Origin: a virus
Lineage: Duplodnaviria; Heunggongvirae; Uroviricota; Caudoviricetes
Reading direction: 5' to 3' (one strand)
DNA: 7,004 nt
Virus record (IMG/VR): IMGVR_UViG_2713896784_000026
The notes below the pieces were generated by a model. The model did no database searches and had not been told where the DNA came from. It saw only the letters and a program-made list of their open reading frames with translations. Below are positions 1 to 5,036 of this stretch, in pieces. The position numbers and the translations under genes are program-made. Each line of letters starts with the position of its first letter. Within the stretch, counting starts at the first letter, position 1.

Positions 1-1469
1 ATCCATTTCGGATCATTCGGGTCGCTAATCCCTTCAACAAATTCTCCGCGAGAGGCAGCCAGTAATTTGTCTGCATCGACAGGATTTTGGGGCGGAATGT
101 TTTTCCTGGCTTCATGGAGTTCTGCCCGCAGTTTCTGATATTTCGCATCAACAGAATTTATCTGTGGCTGAGCATCCATCGACTGCGTGTCCTGATTATG
201 TTCAGTTGTATCCGGTTCCACTGCTTCAGTCGTTGCCTGTTCATCTGCCATTGCGCCAGATGGCTGCGGTTTTTCTTCATCATCCTGTTTTCCTTCTTTT
301 GTTACACGCTGCGGCATTGGAGCAGAGGAGCGACCGCAGGCAATATCCACGATTTCTGGATCAGGGTTGGCATGGTCGGTTTCGGTCAGTACTTTGTTCA
401 GATATTCGGTAACACGGTGGGGAGTAGCCTCGATACCAATTGGTGCTTCTTTCACGGACGCAACCACTATCGCGCGGGAATAATCCAGGTGACCAGGCAT
501 GGCGATGAATTTGTCACGAAAAACAGAAAAGGGCGGCTTATTCTCTGAAACGATTTCTTCAATGCGTTTGGCGTGTGCCGGATGTGGATTGTAAATATCG
601 ATGTCCATTGAACGGGCCAGAACGCCAGCGGCAACGTCACGTTCTACTGACGCATCATCGTGGACAAAACCTTCACCGCGATCGGTAAGAATTCCTCCGC
701 CAGCATTAGCGCCGGATGGCGTGCGGCTGATGCGTAAAACACGATTTCCTTTCATCCACTCTTTTGTCAGCAGACCTCGATCGGTATAGTCAGCGTCCAG
801 GTATGCTTCGAAAAAAGCAGTCATTAACCCCAGACTGGAATTAACGGGATTAGGGAAAACTTTGTCTGTGTCGCGTACCAGTTTGTGAAGGTCGCGAATC
901 TCCAGCGGGTCGAGCAGCTTTGTGTTGTGGGAAATAGCCAGGGCAGTAACAGCAGGCAGTTCTTCAGCTCGTGCGATATGTAATGCCTGAAGTTCTTCCC
1001 GTGAAACGTGCGTTACCGGTTTTTCGCTGCCATGTTGCGCAAGCCAGCGAATGGGCAGTTCCTGACCGGAAATCGGCAGGAGCATATTATCCTCAATCTC
1101 AGCCATGTCTTCGCCATTGACGTTGGTATTGTCAGAGCTGGCTGGTTTGTCCTGAACTGAGGGGGAAGGCGCTATAAATATCATTGTGATGCCATCTTCC
1201 CCGCCTTTTTCATAGCGGTTGCAGAATTCAGTATCGAACACACCTTCAGGCGGCAGGTCATTAACAATGGGCAAATTCACGCGAACAGGTTTTTTGAAAT
1301 CCTCTTCGTCAAATCCAGCATCGTCCATTGCGACAACACCCCGTGATATTGCAACCGATAATTTTTTTGCTGTGCGCCAGTAAAAACCGCCTTTAATCCC
1401 AAGGCGTTTTCTGACTTTGTCATTTTTGGCTTCGTAATACAGTGCAATTTCTTCTTTATCAGTGCTCAT
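1..1469 (-). CDS. recE: Exodeoxyribonuclease VIII (RecE)-like protein, N-terminal ~489 codons; gene continues beyond the left edge of the window
   Basis: Minus-strand frame open from ATG at 1469..1467 to position 1; codon phase checked at both ends ([36 protein letters not shown]... and ...[20 protein letters not shown]). GAGG lies 7 nt upstream of the ATG. Stretches such as [40 protein letters not shown] match my memory of the dispensable N-terminal region of Rac RecE. Not listed in the ORF track, presumably because it is truncated by the window edge. The plus-strand ORFs at 87..789 are antisense to it. Confidence 0.65.
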   Translation of the reverse strand, partial: MSTDKEEIALYYEAKNDKVRKRLGIKGGFYWRTAKKLSVAISRGVVAMDDAGFDEEDFKKPVRVNLPIVNDLPPEGVFDTEFCNRYEKGGEDGITMIFIAPSPSVQDKPASSDNTNVNGEDMAEIEDNMLLPISGQELPIRWLAQHGSEKPVTHVSREELQALHIARAEELPAVTALAISHNTKLLDPLEIRDLHKLVRDTDKVFPNPVNSSLGLMTAFFEAYLDADYTDRGLLTKEWMKGNRVLRISRTPSGANAGGGILTDRGEGFVHDDASVERDVAAGVLARSMDIDIYNPHPAHAKRIEEIVSENKPPFSVFRDKFIAMPGHLDYSRAIVVASVKEAPIGIEATPHRVTEYLNKVLTETDHANPDPEIVDIACGRSSAPMPQRVTKEGKQDDEEKPQPSGAMADEQATTEAVEPDTTEHNQDTQSMDAQPQINSVDAKYQKLRAELHEARKNIPPQNPVDADKLLAASRGEFVEGISDPNDPKW

Positions 1470-1561
1470 TGATAAACCTCATAACTATTTTAAGGTTGTA
1501 CGAATCCCTGCCATTGCTGGCATGCTTAATCAACGGGTATGGCGTTAATACGGCTGGCGGG

Positions 1562-1750
1562 TTATCCAGCCGGTATTTCGTTATTCAGGTACAGCGATAC
1601 TTTGTTTAACGGGAGACATTCACCGGAAATTTTTTGCTCGTCTCTTGCCTGATGGCAGGATTCTTTACTGGCATAAATTCCGGTAATCACATTCTGTGGC
1701 TCACCTGTTATAAGAAAAACCGTCATCATCAGTGCAAACGCTGAACTCAC
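1562..1750 (-). CDS. Hypothetical small protein (62 aa as tracked; GTG start, or ~55 aa from the internal ATG pair)
   Basis: ORF-track entry. Its GTG at 1750..1748 overlaps the TGA of the upstream gene (GTGA), suggesting translational coupling. Same strand as recE and lying between recE and the other early-left genes. No recognisable motif. Confidence 0.4.
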   Translation of the reverse strand: MSSAFALMMTVFLITGEPQNVITGIYASKESCHQARDEQKISGECLPLNKVSLYLNNEIPAG

Positions 1751-1935
1751 TGCTGCCCTCCGAAAATGCCAAGTTCAAGAAGGGCAATTCTGGAGAGTAT
1801 GGAATTATCATTGAGAAGATAAGGCTCATATTTTCTCATCCTGATGGCGTCTTCAGTAAACTCCCGGTTACTGAGCAGAATACCAATATTAAAACACCCT
1901 TCAGACGTATTAACGTTTGGTAGTGACGTTTCCAT
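1747..1935 (-). CDS. Hypothetical small protein (62 aa)
   Basis: ATG at 1935..1933 preceded by GAGGA with an 8-nt spacer (minus-strand reading TTGAGGACGCGATAATG). The competing plus-strand ORF 1732..1923 is the exact antisense codon register and has a GTG start with no SD. No recognisable motif. Confidence 0.45.
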   Translation of the reverse strand: METSLPNVNTSEGCFNIGILLSNREFTEDAIRMRKYEPYLLNDNSILSRIALLELGIFGGQQ

Positions 1936-1952
1936 TATCGCGTCCTCAACAA

Positions 1953-2098
1953 TGAATTTTGTGATGTGGTGCCTGGTGCCTCCAGGTGACGTTAACCAGT
2001 TAACAATTAACGCCGGAATACAGAATCACCCATAACGCTGTTTTTAGCTTTAACTGTTCCGCGTGCGCTCAGCCGCATTCACCACATCACAAAATTCA
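1953..2098. repeat. Perfect 19-bp inverted repeat (1953..1971 tgaattttgtgatgtggtg / 2080..2098 caccacatcacaaaattca) flanking a 108-bp spacer
   Basis: Read directly; the arms are exact reverse complements and do not extend by even one base on either side. The spacer contains a nested hairpin CCTGG-tgcct-CCAGG (1972..1986) and GTTAAC-ca-GTTAAC (1991..2004). The left arm ends 5 nt upstream of the SD of gene 1747..1935 on the minus-strand transcript. Confidence 0.9.
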
Positions 2099-2146
2099 CT
2101 TTAAAAAGGGCGGCAGAGCAGTCACGGAGTAAAACTGATACCGCCA

Positions 2147-2200
2147 NNNNNNNNNNNNNNNNNNNNNNNNNNNNNNNNNNNNNNNNNNNNNNNNNNNNNN
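2147..2200. other. Run of 54 ambiguous bases (N); masked or unsequenced segment
   Basis: Read directly. Lies in the ORF-poor segment between 1936 and 2419. Confidence 1.
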
Positions 2201-2419
2201 TTGCCACAACCGGAAGCGCACGGTCGACGAAAATTTAACGACAGGCTATCTATGAACCAGCTACCTCGCCGTGCGCTTTCGCGTTATGGTCTGACTTTTC
2301 AGGGAAATATCCTTTCAGTAAACTGTCAGTGCCGTATGCTCACCCGTGTCCGGCGCACGCACTCCACCTCACCCGTGGAGAACTCCTTAATTACCAACCT
2401 TAGCTTCGTTGGTTAGCTA

Positions 2420-2638
2420 TTAACGCGGGTATGTAATCATTCTGGCAATGCTTAATGCCGCTGCTTTTTCCAGATTGGTGATATCCTGCTCCAGAGCGGA
2501 CAGATTTTCAGCCTGCTTAGCCCTGGCTTCATTGGCCCATTTCAGATCCTGCGCTGCATTAATTTTCTGGTGCATCCACTCATAAAGTTCATCATCGGTA
2601 TAGTCTGGCGCGATGATGACGGGTTCTCGTTTCTGCAT
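2420..2638 (-). CDS. Hypothetical 72-aa protein; by position (last small gene of the leftward operon before the immunity genes) possibly a Kil/KilR-like host-interaction protein
   Basis: ATG at 2638..2636 preceded by a strong SD (minus-strand reading ACAAGGAGCCGACATG). Codon usage looks strongly coding (CTG, GAA, CAG, AAA, ACC). Predicted helical protein MQKREPVIIAPDYTDDELYEWMHQKINAAQ... The kil-like assignment is by synteny only. Confidence 0.7.
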   Translation of the reverse strand: MQKREPVIIAPDYTDDELYEWMHQKINAAQDLKWANEARAKQAENLSALEQDITNLEKAAALSIARMITYPR

Positions 2639-2730
2639 GTCGGCTCCTTGTGGTTAGCGTTGCCTGCTTTTAACCACGTCAGGCGAGGTGGTATCCTCTG
2701 AGGGGTCTGTTACTCGAGAGGAAATTGGTT

Positions 2731-2931
2731 ATGAATACAATCAAGTTTTCTTGCCCAGAATGTGGTGGCGAAGTCTTTGACACATCCTTTAAGCCGCAGG
2801 GCTCTGACAGTTTCGCGGGAGCCATCTGCAAAAATTGTGGTCACCTTGTAACTGAAGATGAGTCCTCGCAGTTCGATGACGAAATCGTTGACAATATCTT
2901 CGGTGCACTCACCAGAGACTTTCTGAAGTAA
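2731..2931 (+). CDS. Small zinc-ribbon protein (66 aa), C-P-x-C-G ... C-x-x-C-G with an acidic C-terminal tail
   Basis: ATG at 2731 with GAGG 9 nt upstream (2718..2721). Two canonical zinc knuckles, CPECGG at residues 8-13 and CKNCGH at 33-38, then the acidic tail TEDESSQFDDEIVDNIF. The track ORF starts 6 nt earlier at TTG. The minus-strand ORF 2710..3066 is the exact antisense register, which is why it also looks open. Confidence 0.6.
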   Translation: MNTIKFSCPECGGEVFDTSFKPQGSDSFAGAICKNCGHLVTEDESSQFDDEIVDNIFGALTRDFLK

Positions 2932-2977
2932 AGGCGCATACCGCTTAGTTACCGCTCTGATAACTCTTACCTGTCCT

Positions 2978-3024
2978 GCAATGGCGCTGATGTCAATATA
3001 AAGCGCCATTGCTGCTTCTTTGCC
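2978..3024 (+). terminator. Hairpin (11-bp perfect stem 2978..2988 / 3002..3012, 13-nt loop) followed by TGCTTCTTTGCC; candidate terminator for the zinc-ribbon gene
   Basis: gcaatggcgct ... agcgccattgc are exact reverse complements, 47 nt downstream of the zinc-ribbon stop. The T-tract is only moderate and the loop is large, so this is a weak intrinsic-terminator call. Confidence 0.35.
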
Positions 3025-3243
3025 GATCCCGGGATGCCTTCCATTCTGATGTTTGACTTCGCCCACTGAGAAACCCTCTGTTTCCCCTTAACGCCGGGGT
3101 AGCGGAACAAAAAACTGCTGCATAGTTATTAAAGTTGAACCCTGCCGTCATGTTCATACGCCTCGGGCTGGCTACTTAACCCCTGACCACTGCCGGGTAA
3201 CTCGAAGTATTTCCCTGCGTTCTGTGGGGCGGGGTGGGTTGGT

Positions 3244-3290
3244 ATTTTTAGTTTAATAAACATTAAACTTAAGTCAAGTAAAAACTAAAC
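3244..3290 (-). promoter_or_regulatory. pL/oL-like leftward promoter with operator-like sites: -35 TTGACT (3277..3272), 16-bp spacer, -10 TAAACT (3255..3250)
   Basis: The 18-bp site GTTTAATAAACATTAAAC (3251..3268) has GTTTA/TAAAC inverted arms and closely resembles the sites in the 4226..4322 region. A partial second site lies at 3273..3290. Hexamers were read by eye; no TSS data. Confidence 0.4.
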
Positions 3291-3300
3291 CGCGGGACAT

Positions 3301-3339
3301 AACAAACACAACGCTTTTGATAAAGTCGTTGCGGTTGTT
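3301..3339 (-). terminator. Imperfect hairpin just downstream of the parE stop; possible weak terminator of the regulator-antitoxin-toxin operon
   Basis: Minus-strand RNA AACAACCGCAACG - 13-nt loop - CGUUGUGUUUGUU pairs at 12 of 13 positions (one G-U wobble, one mismatch). The U-tract is not immediately adjacent, hence low confidence. Confidence 0.25.
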
Positions 3340-3361
3340 ATGTTTCTATTGGTAGTGAAAG

Positions 3362-3640
3362 TTAGGGAAACTGGCGTCTTGCGTGGATCACGTTTACTAC
3401 TTCAACGCTTGATGTTGTTACGCGGTATAGAATTATATAGTTAGGGTGGGCTACAATCTCACGCAAGCCAGGTACTCTGTCGCTTGGTGGGTATAAATAC
3501 GGATGTTCGGATAACGGCAGCACACAACCCCTTAATCGCTGCCATAAGCGTTCAGCCGCATCTATGTCGAAACGAGCAATATAACTAGTTATATCATCTA
3601 GGTCGGTATCTGCGCTTTCAAGCCATAACACGGGTAACAT
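3362..3640 (-). CDS. parE2: ParE-family type II toxin (92 aa; ParE2-like)
   Basis: The translation from the internal ATG at 3640..3638 (MLPVLWLESADTDLDDITSYIARFDIDAAERLWQRL...YIILYRVTTSSVEVVNVIHARRQFP) has the RelE/ParE-fold pattern. That ATG lies 1 nt after the TAA of the upstream antitoxin gene, indicating coupling. The 124-aa track ORF from 3736 would overlap the antitoxin gene out of frame and is rejected. Confidence 0.85.
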   Translation of the reverse strand: MLPVLWLESADTDLDDITSYIARFDIDAAERLWQRLRGCVLPLSEHPYLYPPSDRVPGLREIVAHPNYIILYRVTTSSVEVVNVIHARRQFP

Positions 3641-3641
3641 T

Positions 3642-3833
3642 TTACTGCTTGCTCCGTTCCTTGCGCATCTTAGCAAAGCGTTCTGCCATTCTGCGCTCAA
3701 CTTCGTCATGGGGAATTGCTGGGCGCGGATCTGCAAGGCTCGTTGCTACTTTCGCACGCAGCCATTCGTTGTAACTGTTTTCTTGTTCAATGGTTTCAAA
3801 TTCAGAAACCATTGGTGAAAGGGCTCTATTCAT
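3642..3833 (-). CDS. paaA2: Small highly charged antitoxin (63 aa), PaaA2-like partner of ParE
   Basis: ATG at 3833..3831 preceded by a strong SD (minus-strand reading CCGGAGGAAACATG). The product MNRALSPMVSEFETIEQENSYNEWLRAKVATSLADPRPAIPHDEVERRMAERFAKMRKERSKQ is 63 aa, matching the length I recall for PaaA2. Sits immediately upstream of parE. The track's longer 81-aa form lacks an SD. Confidence 0.75.
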   Translation of the reverse strand: MNRALSPMVSEFETIEQENSYNEWLRAKVATSLADPRPAIPHDEVERRMAERFAKMRKERSKQ

Positions 3834-3853
3834 GTTTCCTCCGGTTTTATAAC

Positions 3854-4225
3854 TCAGGCGCGGCGGCATTTTTGCGCCGCAATCCATCTCGCTATGAGAT
3901 CTTCCATTGATTCTTTTTTCTGCTTTAACTCGCTGATTATCTGGCGTTGCTCATCCTCAGGGAAGGCTGAAAAAATCTGCAATAATTCCAGTTGATTAGA
4001 CGTTAACCCTGCATGTGGTGGAGAACCCCCCGGTTGTTCTGCGTATTCCGCATCCAGATACCCTTCCGGCATCCCGTATGTTTGCTCTATTCTTCTGGCA
4101 GCCTTTTCTCCAAACGAGGCTCTCCCACTCATTAGTTGAGATAGGTAGCTCTTCTCTTTGGGTGGCAGAGTTTTATCTTTAAACCACTCCTTGAGACGTA
4201 AACGGCGAATTTCTTTTTTTTGCAT
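3854..4225 (-). CDS. paaR2: HTH (Cro/CI-type) transcriptional regulator, PaaR2-like; occupies the prophage repressor (CI-equivalent) position and is first gene of the TA operon
   Basis: N-terminal HTH (KSYLSQLMSGRASFGEKAARRIEQTYGMPEGYLD). The C-terminal part resembles DicA-type repressors (SNQLELLQIFSAFPEDEQRQIISEL). Divergent from the Cro-like gene. Start placed at ATG 4225..4223 (123 aa): the GTG at 4288 used by the track would extend the protein across the operator region. There is no SD before 4225, consistent with a leaderless mRNA. Confidence 0.7.
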   Translation of the reverse strand: MQKKEIRRLRLKEWFKDKTLPPKEKSYLSQLMSGRASFGEKAARRIEQTYGMPEGYLDAEYAEQPGGSPPHAGLTSNQLELLQIFSAFPEDEQRQIISELKQKKESMEDLIARWIAAQKCRRA

Positions 4226-4322
4226 GTGGTAATTATCTTTAGTAATCACTAAACAAGCAAATACTTGACTTAATGGTTTATTAAACACTAAACTCGCAAA
4301 AAAACACTAAACCGAGGAAGGT
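4226..4322. promoter_or_regulatory. Divergent promoter/operator region between the repressor-like gene and the Cro-like gene
   Basis: Three 18-bp sites with conserved right half ...CACTAAAC: 4237..4254 CTTTAGTAATCACTAAAC, 4276..4293 GTTTATTAAACACTAAAC, 4295..4312 (right half only). Rightward promoter: -35 TTGACT 4265..4270, -10 TAAACT 4289..4294, then SD GAGGA 4314..4318 and ATG 4323. Leftward promoter: -35 TTGCTT (complement of 4255..4260), 17-bp spacer, -10 GATAAT (complement of 4232..4237), which puts the start about at the ATG at 4225. Confidence 0.55.
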
Positions 4323-4625
4323 ATGACATTAAAAGAGTTTATTAAATCATTAAGGGTTGGTGATGCTAAGAAATTCGCGGCCAGACTTGGTGTATCGCCA
4401 TCTTACTTATCGCAAATGGCGTCTGGACGAACAGCTATATCTCCAACCCGCGCCCTTATGATCGAATCTGCGACGGAAGGCCAAGTAAGTAGGGCGGAGC
4501 TACGACCCCATGATTGGGAGCTTATTTGGCCTGAGTATGCGAGCGGCATTCGTTTGGGGCAAACACATGTAGTTCATGCTGAAGGTGATTGTAGTGCATG
4601 CTTATCTGATGGAGTTGATTCATGA
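4323..4625 (+). CDS. ydaS: Cro-like HTH protein, YdaS family (100 aa)
   Basis: SD GAGGA 5 nt upstream of ATG 4323. HTH with recognition-helix motif SPSYLSQMASGR, close to that of the divergent regulator. Its TGA overlaps the next ATG (ATGA at 4622..4625). Confidence 0.8.
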   Translation: MTLKEFIKSLRVGDAKKFAARLGVSPSYLSQMASGRTAISPTRALMIESATEGQVSRAELRPHDWELIWPEYASGIRLGQTHVVHAEGDCSACLSDGVDS

Positions 4626-5014
4626 AAATCAAGCATGAACACATCCGCATGGCGATGAATGTCTGGGCGCATCCGGACGGCGAAAAAGTACCGGCTGCGA
4701 AAATTACCAAAGCGTATTTCGAGCNNNNNNNNNNNNNNNNNNNNNNNNNNNNNNNNNNNNNNNNNNNNNNNNNNGATAAAGACACCCCTGATGCTGTTGA
4801 AAAAATGCAGGCTCTGTTACCGGCGATCGAAAAGGCGATGCCGCCTTTGCTGGTGGCCCGTATGCGCAGCCACAGTTCTGAATATTACCGTGAGATCGTC
4901 GAACGGAGGGATCGGCTGGTGAAGGATGTCGATGATTTTGTTGCGTCAGCGGTTGTTTTGTATGACCAGATGAATCGCGGCGGCCCGGCAGGGAATGCTG
5001 TGGTGATGCACTAA
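4622..5014 (+). CDS. ydaT: YdaT-like protein (130 codons; proposed CII-like regulator / toxic when overexpressed); internal 50 bases are masked N
   Basis: MKIKHEHIRMAMNVWAHPDGEKVPAAKITKAYFE...; translationally coupled to the ydaS-like gene. The frame is continuous across the N run only if the masked length is true to the original. Confidence 0.65.
   Translation: MKIKHEHIRMAMNVWAHPDGEKVPAAKITKAYFEXXXXXXXXXXXXXXXXXDKDTPDAVEKMQALLPAIEKAMPPLLVARMRSHSSEYYREIVERRDRLVKDVDDFVASAVVLYDQMNRGGPAGNAVVMH
4725..4774. other. Run of 50 ambiguous bases (N) inside the ydaT-like gene
   Basis: Read directly. Confidence 1.
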
Positions 5015-5036
5015 AAGCACGGTGTTCGGGGGTTTT

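Noticed and set aside
87-789. Plus-strand ORFs 87..548, 164..412 and 601..789
   Set aside because: All lie antisense within the long RecE-like minus-strand reading frame, have low-complexity or odd composition, and lack RBSs; treated as shadow ORFs.
1551-1572. Short hairpin CGGCTGG-N8-CCAGCCG overlapping the stop of gene 1562..1750
   Set aside because: Only a 7-bp stem with no U-tract on the transcribed (minus) strand, and the downstream recE-like gene must still be transcribed; not convincing as a terminator.
1732-2035. Plus-strand ORFs 1732..1923 and 1844..2035
   Set aside because: 1732..1923 is the exact antisense register of the minus-strand gene 1747..1935 and starts with GTG without an SD. 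1844..2035 has no RBS and runs into the inverted-repeat region.
2201-2416. Plus-strand ORF 2201..2416 (71 aa), with internal ATG at 2252
   Set aside because: Starts at a TTG directly at the edge of the N run, has only a weak SD for the internal ATG, and gives an Arg-rich product with no motif. Cannot be excluded that a real start lies in the masked bases, but unsupported as it stands.
2710-3066. Minus-strand ORF 2710..3066 (118 aa)
   Set aside because: It is the codon-for-codon antisense of the zinc-ribbon gene, which explains its coding-like statistics. It starts with GTG, reads through the palindromic hairpin and has no recognisable motif, whereas the plus-strand product has two canonical zinc knuckles.
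3013-3243. Searched the ~230-bp segment downstream of the pL-like promoter for an N-like antiterminator gene or nut boxA/boxB
   Set aside because: Only very short ORFs of poor composition were found and no clear boxA (CGCTCTTA) plus boxB hairpin pair; nothing supportable.
3362-3887. Longer forms of the toxin and antitoxin ORFs (124 aa from 3736; 81 aa from 3887)
   Set aside because: The extensions would overlap the neighbouring gene out of frame and lack RBSs. The internal ATGs at 3640 and 3833 give the 92-aa and 63-aa products with correct coupling and SD.
3716-3910. Plus-strand ORF 3716..3910
   Set aside because: Antisense to the antitoxin and regulator genes; no RBS; odd composition.
4848-4855. 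Chi octamer GCTGGTGG on the plus strand
   Set aside because: A single Chi site is expected by chance at this frequency in E. coli-like DNA; there is no clustering or orientation pattern to suggest special significance.
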